Origin: the human T2T-CHM13v2.0 reference genome, Homo sapiens
Strand: one strand, 5' to 3'
DNA length: 64,000 bases
NCBI RefSeq assembly: GCF_009914755.1
Contig: NC_060932.1
Shown piece after piece: positions 27,644 through 39,810 of the stretch; the stretch's first letter is position 1; each line of letters starts with the position of its first letter. Under the pieces are notes generated by a model that did not search any database, was not told the DNA's origin, and saw only the letters and a program-made list of their open reading frames with translations. Made by a program: the position numbers and the translations under genes.

Positions 27644-30600
27644 GGGGCAGGGCCAAGATGGCCAATTAGAGCGGTGGTGGCTGGAGGCTCCCACTGAGAA
27701 CAAAAACAGTGTGCAAATCCTGCACCAGCAGGAGAGTCCAGTATCCAGGACTCTCATCAGGACTAACTAAGTGGTTGGCATGGCTTATGGAGAGCAAGGA
27801 AAAGTAGGGTGGTGCATAGGCCCACCTGAGAGCCACACAGGGTAAAAGGAGCCCCCAGCCCCACCCAAGGCAGATGATGAGTGAGCGTACTGCCCAGCCT
27901 GGGAAACCGTATTTTTCCACAGATCTGTGCAACCTACAGATAAGAAGATCTCACTTGTGAGCCCACACCACCAGGGCCTTGAGTCCCAATCACAGAGCCA
28001 CACAGATTCTCAACAGCCACTTAGCTGGAATCTGCCTGAGACTACTGAGTTCCTGGGGAGGGGGGTGGCCATCATCACTATGGCTGCCTGCTGTCTAAGC
28101 CATCTGAGCTCCCATGGGGAGGGGTGGCAGCCATCACTGTGGCTTTAGGCTGCCGTTTTTTCCCTGGTGGTGCCAGGGAGATTGGGTGGCTTGGTCCAAA
28201 GAGGTATTCCCCACCATGCAGCATGCAGGCTGTGACAGACCATAACCAGACTGCCTCTTTAGGCCAGACCCTGACCCATCCCTCCTCACTGGGCAGGGCC
28301 TCCCTGTGGGAACTCCAGCAACTCCAGCCAGGGGCTTAGGGACAGAACTCTGATCTCCCTGGGCCTGAGCTCCTAGGGAGAGGGGTGGCTGTGGTCTCCA
28401 CAGACGAGAGGACTTAGTTTTTCTCCTTGAGAGCTCTGAGGAATCCAAGCAGCCCAGATGAGTGGGTTTCCCCTTAACACAGCACACCCTCTTCACCAAG
28501 GGACAGTCAAAATGCTTTGCTAAATAGGTCCTAGATCCTGGCCCCCCTAACTTGGTGAGACCCTCAACAGGGGTCACCAGACACCTTATACAATAGTGTT
28601 GCTACTGGCATCGGCTTGGTGACCCTTGAGGTCAGAGATTCCAGAGGAAGGAGCAGGCACCCATCTTTGCTGTTATCCAGCCTCCTCGGGTGACATCTCC
28701 AGGTGCAGGGGATATCCAGATAAATAGGGCCTGAAGAGAGTGCCCAGCAAACCACAGCAGCCCTACTGAAGAGGGACCTGACTACTGAAAGAAAAACAAA
28801 CAAACAGAAAGCAACAACACCAGCATCAACAAAAAAGTCACCACCCAAACCTCATCAAAAGGTCATCAGCCTCAAAGATCAAAACTGGACAAACTCATGA
28901 AGATGAGAAAGAAACAATGAAAAAAATGCTGAAAACTCAAAAGGCTGGAGTGCCTCTTCTCCTCCAAATGATTGCAACACCTCTCCAGCAAGGGCACAGA
29001 ACTGGACAGAGGATGAGATGGTTGAACTGACAGAAGTAGGCTTCAGAAGGTGAGTAATAAAAAAAACTTCACCAAGTTAAAAAAAATGTGTTCTAACCTA
29101 ATGCAAAGAAGCTAAGAACCATGATAAAAGCCTACAGGAGCTTCTAACTAGAATAACTAGTTTAGAGAAGAACATAAATTACCTGATGGAACTGAAAAAC
29201 ACAGCAGGAGAACTTAGTGATGCAAACACAAGTATTAATAGCTGAATTGATCAAGTGGAAGAAAGAATATCAGAGCTTGAAAACTATCTTGCTGAAATCA
29301 GGCAGACAGACAAGATTAGAAAAACAAAGAGTGAAAAAGAATAAGCAAAATTTCTAACTCTGGGACTATATAAAAAGACCAAACCTACAAATGATTGGGG
29401 TACCTGAAAGAGACAGGGAGAATGGAACCAAGTTGGAAAACACCTTTGAGGATATCATCCAGGCAAATTATCCCAACCTAGCAAGACAGGACAACATTCA
29501 AATTCAGGAAATACAGATAACCCTAGTAAGATACTCCATGAGATGATCAACTTTAAGAAACATAATTATCAGATTCTCCAAGGATGAAATGAAAAAAAAA
29601 AGTTAAGAATAGTCAGAGAATACCCAGGTCACCTACAACAGGAAGCACATCAGACTAACAGTGCACCTCTCAGCAGAAACCCTACAAGCCAGAAGAGAGT
29701 GGAGGAAAATATCCAACGTTCTTAAAGAAAAGAATTTTCATCCCAGAATTTCATATCTGGCCAAACTAAGCATCATAAGTGAAGAAGAAATAGAAATAAA
29801 ATCCTTTTCAGACAAGCGAATGCTGAGGAAATCCATCACCATTAGGCCTGCCATGGAAGAGCTCCTAAATGAACCACTAAATATGGAAGAAAAAAAAGAA
29901 AAAACATTATCAGCCACTGCAAAAACACACTGAAGCACAAAGACCAATGACACTATGAAGAAACTGCAACAACTATTCTGCAAAATAACCAGCTAGCATC
30001 GTAATGACAGGATCAAATTCACACATAACAATATTAACCTTAAATGTAAATGGGCTAAATGCCCCAACTAAAAGACATAGACTGGCAAATTGGATAAACA
30101 GTCAAGATCCATCAGTGTGCTGTATGCAAGAGACCCATCTCACATGCAAAGACAAACATAGGCTCAAAATAAATGAATGGAGGAATATTTACCAAGCAAA
30201 TGGAAAGCAGAAAAAAGCAGAGGTTGCAATCTTAGTTTCTGACGAAACAGACTTTAAACCAACTTAGATCAAAAAGACAAAGAAGGACACGATATAATGG
30301 TAAAGGGATTAATGCAACAAGAAGAGCTAACTAGCCTAAATATATATGCACCCAATACAGGAGCACCCAGATTCATAAAACAAGTTCTTAGAGACCTACA
30401 AAGAGACTTAGACTCCCACACTATAATAGTGGGAGACTTTAACACCCCACTGTCTATATTAGACAGATCAATGAGACAGAAAATTAACAAGGATATTCAG
30501 GACTTGAACTCAGCTGTGAATCAAGTGGATCTGATAGACATCTACAGAACCCTCCACTCCAAATCAACAGAATAGACATTCTTCTAATTGCCACATGGCA

Positions 30601-32945
30601 CTTACTCTAAAATTGATCACATAATTGAAAGTAATTTTTTTACTCCTCAGCAAATGCAAAAGAACTGAAATCATAACAAACATTCTCTCAGACCACAGTG
30701 CCAATTAGAAGTCAGGATTAAGAAACTCACTCAAAACCATGAAACTACATGGAAATTGAATGACCTGCTCCTGAATGACTCCTGGTTAAATAATGAAATT
30801 AAGGCAGAAATCAAGAAGTTCTTTGAAAACATTGAGAACAAAGAGACAACATAGCAGAATCTCTGGGACACAGCTAAAGCAATGTTAAGAGGGAATTTTA
30901 TAGCTCTAAATGCCCACATCAGAAAGCTAGAAAGATCTCAAATTGATACCCTAACATCACAACTAAAAGAACTAGAGAAGCAAGAGCAAACAAATCCAAA
31001 AGCTAGCAGAAGACAAGAAATAACTAAGATCAGAGTGGAACTGAAGGAGATAGAGACATGAAAAACACTTCAAAAAATCAATGAATCCAGGAGCTGGGTT
31101 TTTTTTAAAAAAAATTAATAAAATAGATAGACTGCTAGCTATACTAATAAAGAAGAAAATAAGAAGATTGAAATAATCACAGTCAAAAATGATAAAGGGG
31201 ATATCACCACTGATCCTGCGGAAATGCAACCATCAGGGAACACTATAAACACCTATACACGAATAAACTAAAAAATTGAAAAGAAATGGCTAAATTCCTG
31301 GGCATACACACCCTCCCAAGGCTAAACAAGGAAGAAGTCGAATAACTGAATACACTGATAACAGGTTCTGAAATTGAGCAGTAATAAATAATGTACCAAC
31401 CAAAAAAAAAAAAAAAAAAAAGCCCAGGACAAGCCAAATTCTAACAGTGGTACAAAGAGGAGCTGGTTTCATTCCTTCTGAAACTATTCCAAACAATTGA
31501 AAAGGAGGGACTTCTCCCTAACTAATTTATGAGGCCAGCATTATCCTAAAACCAAAACATGGCAGAGACACAACAATAAAAGGAAGCTTCAGGCCAATAT
31601 CCCTGATGAACATTGATGTGAAAATCCTCAATAAAATCCTGTCAAACTGAATCCAGCAGCACATCAAAAAGCTTATCCATTACAATCAAGTTGGCTTCAT
31701 CTCTGGGATGTAAGGCTGGCTCAACATACACAAATCAATAAATGTAGCTCATCACATAAGCAGAACTAATGACAAAAACCACATGATTATGTCAATAGAT
31801 GCAGAAAAGGCCTTTGATAAAATTCAACACCCCTACATGTTAAAAACTTTCAATAAACTAGTATTGAAGGAACATATCTCAAAACAATAAAAGCCATTTA
31901 TGATAACCCTGCAGCCAATATCACACTGAATGGGCAAAATCTGGAAGCATTCTCTTTGAAAACTGACACAAGACATGGATGCTCTCTCTCACTATTCCTA
32001 TTCAAAATAGTATTGGAAGTTCTGGCCAGGGCAATCAGGCAAGAGAAAGAAATAAAGGGTATTCAAATAGAAGAGAGGGAGTCAGATTGTCTCTGCAGAC
32101 CACATGATTCTATGTGTAGAAAACCCCATTGTCTCAGCCCAAAAGCTCCTTAAGCTGATAAGAAATTTCAGAAAAGTTGGAGGATACAAAATCAATATGC
32201 AAAAAATCAAGCATTCCTGTACACCAACAATAGACAAGCAGAGAGCCAAATCATGAATGAACACACATATACAATTGCTACAAAGAGAATAAAATACCTA
32301 AGAATACAGTTAACAAAGATGTGAATGACCTCTTCAGGGAGAACTACAAACCACTGCTCAAGGAAATAGGAGAGGACACAAACAAATGGAAAAACATTCC
32401 ATCCTCATGGATAGGAAGAATCAATATCATGAAAATGGCCATACTGCTCAAGGTAATTTATAGATTCAATGCTATTCCCATCAAACTACCATTGACATTC
32501 TTCACAGAATTAGAAAAAACTACTTTAAAATTCATATGAAACCAAAAAAGAGCTCATATAGCCAAGACAATCCTAAGCAAAAGAACAAAGCTAAATACAT
32601 CACATTACCTGACTTCAAACTATACTACAAGGCTACAATAACCAAAACAGCATGGTACTGGTACAAAAACAGACACATAGAGCAATGGAACAGAATAGAG
32701 ATCTCAGAAATAAGACCACAAGTCTACAACCATCCGATCTTTGACATACCTGACAAAAACAAGCAATGGGGAACCATATTTAATAATTGGTGCTGGGAAA
32801 ACTGGCTAGCCATATGCAGAAAACTGAAAATTGTGATGGGCTGATAGGTGCAGCAAACCACCGTGGCACACAATTACCTATGTAACAGACCTGCACATTC
32901 TCCACCTGTATCCCAGAACTTAAAATAAATTTTTTTAAAAAGAAA
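27644..32945 (+). mobile_element. Older L1PA (PA8-PA13-like): 5'UTR, decayed ORF1 (ATG 28903) and ORF2 (ATG 30004), ~0.9-kb deletion near the 3' end
   Basis: Starts GGGGCAGGGCCAAGATGGCC; ORF2 MTGSNSHITILTLNVNGLN (endonuclease) and RT pieces with many stops; approximate TSD AGAAAC(TT)AAACATA. Confidence 0.92.
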
Positions 32946-35505
32946 CAAACATATAAGACAATGCTAATAAATACAGTTTGTTTCTTCCTTTCCCTAATTT
33001 ATGCCTTTAATATTTTTCCACCTCAATCACTGATTAGAAGCTTCTGGACATTGTTGAATAGAAGTGGAGAGAGTGGATATCCTTACCTTTTTCCCAGTCT
33101 TAGAGGGAAAGCAGTACCTTTCACCATTAAATATGACATTAAAATGTGATTTTCACAGAAGCCTATTATGAGGTTGAGAATATATTTTTATTCTTACTTT
33201 ATTTTTATCGAGAGTGGGTGTTGAATTTTATCTGATGCTTTCTCTACAACTATTGAGATGATCATATGTTTTTCTCCCTTATTCTATTATTCTATGTTTA
33301 TAAATTTTCTAATATTAAATCAACTTTTTCATATATTACTAGATTCAGGTTGCTAATATTTTGTCAAAGATTTTTGTGTTTAGGCTCGTGAATAATATTG
33401 GTCTGTAGTTGCCTCTTTTGTGGCATTTTTGTATAGCTTTGGTATTAGTATAAAAGTGGACTCTCTGAATAAGTTGAAAAATGTTGTCTTCTATTTTGTA
33501 AAGTAGTTTGTATAATATTGGTATTTTTTTAAAGGTTTAATAAAATTCACCAGTGCAGGCCTTTGGGAAGATATTTAATTACTAATTCAATTTTTTATCT
33601 TTTATAGAACTATTCTGATTTAATATTTCTGCTTGAGTAAATTTTGATAATTTATTGAGAAATTTGTCTATTTCATATTAGTTTTCTATGTATTTTTTGT
33701 CGTAAAGTTATTCATAGAATCCCTTTACAATCAATTTAATCAGTTGATTTCTTGTAGGGTCTGTAATAACACCCTTTCTTTCATTCTTGTTTTCTGTAAT
33801 TTATGTCATCTTTCCTAGTTAATAGTTTATAAGTTTTGTCCATTGTTTTTCAAAGAACCAACTTTTGTTTTTACTGATTTCTTCTATTGGTTTTTCTACT
33901 TTTGGTTTCATGTTTTCTCTTTCTCTGATTTTTCTTTGTAATTATTTGGGTTTGGTTGGCTGTTTCCTCTACCTCCTTGAGGTAGAATGCTCAGTTGTTG
34001 ATTTTGAATCTTTCTTTCTTCTAATATAATTATTTGAGGATACAAAATACTTGCTAAGCTTTACATTAGGTGCATCTCATAAATTTTGATTTGGTGTGTT
34101 TTCATTTATGTTTTTTTCTTCAACTCACAAATTACTTTTGGAACTGCATTTCTTAATTTTCAAATATTTGAGAATTTCCCAAATCTCTTCCTGTTGTTAA
34201 TACTCAGTTCAATCTGTTATGGTCAGGGAACATACTTTCTATGATTTCAATTTATGTAAATTTAATTGTAGAATTGTTTAAACATGTTTTGTTGTTAACA
34301 TATGGTCTGTCTTGTAGATTAATCTACATGCACTTAAAAATAATGTGTATTCTGCTATCATTCAGTTAAGATTCGGAGTATGTTATTGGGTATACTTGGA
34401 TGACAGTGTTGCTCAACTTTTCTACATCCCTAGTGATTTTCTATCTATTACGTTATCAGTTACTGAGAGTATTAAAATCTCAAATTCTATTTGTTAAATT
34501 GTCTATTTCTTCCTGCAATTCTGTCAGGTTTTATACTCCATTGAGAGGGTGTCTCTGTTCTTAGATGCATGGATACTTATAATCGTTGTCTTCCCACTAT
34601 ATTTTCCTTTTTAGCGTTATGAAATTTCTTTTATGGTGTTTAATAATATTTCTTGTTTTAAAGTCTATTTTGTCTTATATTATTATTCCAGATTACGTAT
34701 GCTTATTGTTCACAAGGCAGATTTTTTTCCATCCTTTGACTGTTAATCTAGTTGTCTTTAAAGTGTTTTTGTTTGTCTGTTTTCTGGTTTTGTTGGCTTT
34801 TTATTTTTGAGATAGTGTTTTGCTCTGTCTCCCAGCCTGGAGTGCAGTGGCACAATGTCAGCTCACTGCAACCTCTGCCTCCCAGATTCAAGCAATTGTC
34901 CTGCCTCAGCCTCCTGAGTAGCTGGGACTACAGGTGCATGCAAACATGTCTGGTTTATTTTTGTATTTTTAGTAGAGAAGGGGTTTCACTATGTTGGCCA
35001 GGCTGGTCTCAAACTCCTGACCACAGGTGATTCACCCACCTTGGCCTCCCAAAGTGCTGAGATTACAGGTGTGAGCCACTGCACCTGGCTTTTAAAGTGT
35101 TTCTTATAAATAGAATACAGTTGAATTTTTCTCCTTTATACAAGTTGACAGTCTCTCTCCCTTTTGATTACAATATTTACTCATTATCTCATTGACATTT
35201 AGTGTAATTGTTGATATGCTACTGCCATTTTAATATTTGTTTTTTGTGTCTCACCTTTTTCTCTCTGTTTTTTCTCTACTGCCATCTTTTGTATTCAACA
35301 ATTCTTTTAACATACATTTTAATTCATTGGCAGAATTTTTAAATGTTTTAAAGTTATTGTCATAGTGTAGTGATTTTTATACAATGTTCATCTTTAACTT
35401 GTTAAAATCTACTTTAGGTTAATACTTATTTAATTTAGTAGACTACAGCAACTTTGCTCTAATGTATCACTGTTTCCTCCCCCATTTTATGTTATTATTG
35501 TCATA
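32945..35505 (-). mobile_element. Old L1M ORF2 remnant (host of the L1PA, Alu and ERV)
   Basis: LLNRSGESGYPYLFPSLRGKAVPFTIKYD is an antisense L1 ORF2 signature. Confidence 0.7.
34769..35089 (-). mobile_element. Alu (AluJ/S)
   Basis: Antisense Alu; TSD TTTAAAGTGTTT. Confidence 0.9.
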
Positions 35506-35506
35506 T

Positions 35507-38500
35507 TGAAGTGGAATCATTCATCTGGGCTAAATATCTGAGATTCATTGTCTCACAGCCATGGAAAACAAGGACACAGACACACCAGAGTGAAGTTAAG
35601 AGTGGAAATTTAATAAGTGAAAGAAAAAGAAGAGCTCTCTGTGGCAGAGAGGGGTCCTGGAGAAAATGGTTGCCACTTCTGTGGTGAAGTGCAGGAAGTT
35701 TTATAGATGATCTTAAGGATGTTGTGTCTGATTTACATAGGACATGAATGATTGGTTGGCCCAGGTGTGCCATTTGCACAGAGCATGAAAAGCCGTCTGT
35801 TTCCATCTGAATCTTTTATTATGAAGATGGGTTCTTTGCCTGGCTGGTATCGTGTTGCCTGCTTCTTTACTGTACACATGGTGAAAAAGAAAAGGGAGGT
35901 TGGAGCCTCCATGTTGAACATACCTAGCCCCCAGGTAGCCTTTTCATATTGGCACAGCTATCAACACTCACCTGTGCAAGCTTTTAGCTTGCTTATCTAT
36001 GTTTGCTGTTTGATTTTTCAGGCTGTTATTTCATAGAAAAAAAAATGACTTTGAGGGTTGATAAAAGTCAAAGAGAACTTTTTGTTAAAAGAGAAGGTCT
36101 GCTGAGAACTCTCTTACCCTCACTATCTGCCTACATAATTTCTTTCTATCTACTGTATTATATTTCCCCCCTTAGGAGTGGTAACCCTAACTGCTGTTAT
36201 GGAGTGTTGGATGATGACCTTTTCTGGCTACTTCCTACTGGAGAGGGGTGTTGTGTGGGAGACAGCAGCTAGGGTTCCTCATGGGGTTGATTTAAGGGAT
36301 CTCAGAAGAAAGTTGTGTCCATGCATTGTTCCATCTGCAGCACCATTTGGAATTTGATAGCTTCTAGGTGAGAAGAGAGAAATTTTACAAGAAGTTTATA
36401 AATTCCAAATATGAGTATTAAGATTCCTACTATTGGTGGGAGTGTCATTAGTGTCATAGGCCACAACCATGACACTAGAATTTAAAACCTGTTAGCCATT
36501 CTGATGGTTTGTAATACTGATTTGTCGCCCCACCAGATGTTACTGTACTTTACCGAAATGCTAATGTAAAAGTAACATTTTTCTTAGGATAAGTGGCATT
36601 GGATTGGGTGGCTAGATTAACTTTAGTGTTAACCTTGGCTAAGTCCCTCCTGCAATTATTAATCCTTTCATGACTTACACAGACCATCTATGACAGGCTT
36701 AAACTTTCTGATTTGTCCTAAACATCCCTCCATCTCTTTAAACGACCAGTTATTTCCTTGAGGACAAGAATTTACCATACAAGATTCTTTCCTATATAAA
36801 ATCCCTTTTCTTTTTCTACCTTCTTTCCATAGGTAGGGTTGATATCATAGGAGCTAAAGGGTGACATATTACCAAAGCCAATAAAAAGTCCTAGCAGACT
36901 TAGTGATTGTAAAACTTTCATGTTTACTTCTTGTCAGTAACTATTGTCCAGCTATAAGGATAATAATTAAGGAAAATACTACAGCAATTGAGATAATTTT
37001 GTCCAATATTCCACTTTGGAGGTGCTACATTATATAGTCCTACTTCAAACAGTAGAGTGAGTATAACAATTCATGCAAGGGTGGTGTAGTATTTAATTTT
37101 CATCTAAAATTTTACTCACCAAGATATAGAATTTCCCTCTGGGGGTCTATGAAGTTACAAATGTAATCCCATGGATAATCAAAATCTTCCTCCAAGTATG
37201 TATCAAGAAGCTCTAATATCTGATAGTGAATCTCAAGAGGAATGGTAGAAAAGACTGAAAGTATCTGATAAGGTAGGGGTGGAACTGCATAGGATGAGTA
37301 GCCCTCACTCATTTAATTTTCTTTTATGGTTTTTAAAGTAAGATCTCTTTTTTCTTTGCATTGATATCCAGGATGTTCCTCTAGGCTGTCTGGGGTTGCT
37401 CCCTTAGCTTTCCAGGCTTTGATTTGACTGTGATGTACCTAGGAGTTCATTCCTGTACTTTAATCACTGAGTGGGTGGAAAGGAGAACAGTGTAGGGTCC
37501 TTCCATGTTTGGGCATGGGGAAGGAGAGAGAGAGGGCAGAAATTTTACCAATACCAAATCCCTTCAGTTAAATAAAGATGGTCCTATTTCTTGGGGTTGG
37601 GCTTCTACCAGTTGCATTAACTCCTATTGAAAATGAGCCAGAGTGATTACAGGCTTAACCAATTCACAGTTGTTTTGTATAATAGAAAATCATTGGTAAG
37701 GAAAGGCCATCCACACAGCATTTCTAAAGGGCTCAGACCTAACTTTCAAGGGGTATTTCTTACCCACAGTAAAGCAATGGAAAGAACAGTGATCCAAGGA
37801 AGGTGAGCTTCTCGGGACAGTTTTCTGAGGTGTCTTTTGATACTATCATTTGTTTTCTCTACCTTTTCTGAGGACTGGGGTCTCCAAGAACAATGGAGAT
37901 GACACTGTATGCCTAGTGACTTTGAGACCCCTCGTGTGACAGCTGCCTTTAATGAGGGGCCATTGTCACTTTGTAGGTACTTAGGTAGGCTAAAGCAGGG
38001 AATTATTTCATTAACTAACACTTTTATTACCTTAGAAGCCTTTTCTGTACAGCATGGAAATGCTTCTACCTAGCTAGTGATAGTATCTACCCATACCAGG
38101 AGATATTGGATGCCCTTCATCTTTGGCATATAGGTGAAGTCTATCTGCCAGTCCTCCCTGGATAGCTTCTCATTCTTTGTGTTTGAGGAGGAAGGAGCCA
38201 CCTGTTGAGGGGATTATTTTTAAGACAGACTTCACCAGCATTAACATCCTTTTTTAGTGTTTGTAATAAATTCTCTCCTGAAAACAGTCTCTGGGCACAC
38301 TGATAAGTTTTATCCTTTCCCAAGTGAAAAGCTTGGTTTAGGATCTTAAGGAATTTCCACTGCTTGGAGGCAGGCAAGTGGAGCTTGCCATCCTATGACT
38401 GTAGACATCCAGAGGGCTAGAAATTTGTACCCCCAACAGATAGTGAATTCTATCTCTGCAGGGGAGTACTGGGGCTTAATTTCTTTTATGAAGCCTTCAC

Positions 38501-39810
38501 AAATTAGAGGGGCTTCAAGTGTGTTGAGGCCCTGAGGCTTTCTTGCTGCTGACTTTGCTGCTTGATTAGCTAACTTGTTTCCTTTGGCTATTTCAGGGTT
38601 GTCAAGAGGTACTGCCTCTTTTCCTACTGAGAAGGAAATTCCTATTTCTTCTCCTTCCCTATATTCTCTTTTCCTTTTTGGCCTGCTATGTGAGACATAT
38701 TGCTTTCTTCAAACTTCTCTCCTGTCTGTAGAACTGCCTATCTCTCAGCTGTGATTAATGTTTGGCTTATGAGCAGCACAACATCCCTCCATGAGAGGTC
38801 AAACACCTGAGTTAAAGTTTGGAAAGCTTCTATATACTTTAACTCAGCCTCCATGAGGGTCAGAAAATCAGCCTAAGTCTCCCTTTATTTGCCTAAAGTC
38901 CTGAAATGAGAATGGAACTTGAACACTAGTGGCATCACCTCCATTGGGCATTTCCTACAGGGATAAGAGCGAAGCTGGGTTGACTGTGCAACTCTTGCAA
39001 AGGTTTAGTAAGAAGGCCATACCCTTGTACAAAAGAAAATGAGCCACTTTTCAAAGTCTTGGTGTTTAAGGTGTTCCAGTGCCTCAGAATGCACTGCAGA
39101 GGGGTGCAGACAAAGACGGTTTGTTACCCATCTAGAAAGGGAAGCGAGAAAAAGGAGTTCCTTTAATATCCCTTCTTTCCTTAGAAATGGCCCAGGATGG
39201 AGGGGAAGACAGTAGGGGCATACCCCCAACTGTTTCCCCTCCTTGGTTTCCTGAGCTCAGCATCCATTAAAGGTGCTCCCCATGGATGTAGACATGACCC
39301 TCAGCCATAGAACCTGAAGAGCAAAGCAATTGGGATTAGTCACCTTCACCCACGTGACTCTAGTCCTCTGCTAGTAATTTGACTCCCTAGGCTTGTGTAA
39401 TCTGTGTGGCTGTCTGATAGATGGATCTTGAAAGAGACTATGTAGCAGTTGTATTGGGGCAAGGCCCCTTAATAGAGGGAGTGTACTGGGTTGACCTCTA
39501 TATTCTGCTATTATGGCCTGGACTAAAGTATTTACTCTTAGGCAGTGGCTCTGGTTAGCTTTCAAAAGTAAAATATCCTTACTATTTAAGTAGTGTTTTA
39601 ATTAGAGGCAGAATAGGTGCCTTAAAATAATGTAGGGACTAAATGCAGGTTTTCCTGCTGATGGGACAGCACTAAGACTAAAATTTGGCTTTGGAGGACA
39701 TTTTCCTCCTCATTATTGAATTTTTCCATTCAAAGAAGGAGCATAAATCCTGGTCTGTAGTAGTAGGGTGCAAAAAGGGAGGAGAATTAGGAAGACAGAA
39801 TGTTTCAGCA
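35507..39810 (-). mobile_element. ERV1 remnant (HUERS-P3/LTR9-MER61-like): leader, gag start (ATG 39131), pro-RT deleted, integrase, 3' LTR 35507-36160
   Basis: Integrase LPKYLQSDNGPS..HCSWRPQSSEKVEKTN; PPT AGGGGGGAAATA at 36161-36172; LTR homologous to 54368-55006; 5' LTR absent. Confidence 0.8.

Noticed and set aside
27644-32945. Retrotransposition-competent L1
   Set aside because: ORF1 and ORF2 are broken by many stops and frameshifts and the ORF2 end is deleted; the L1 at 62054 also has stops in ORF1.
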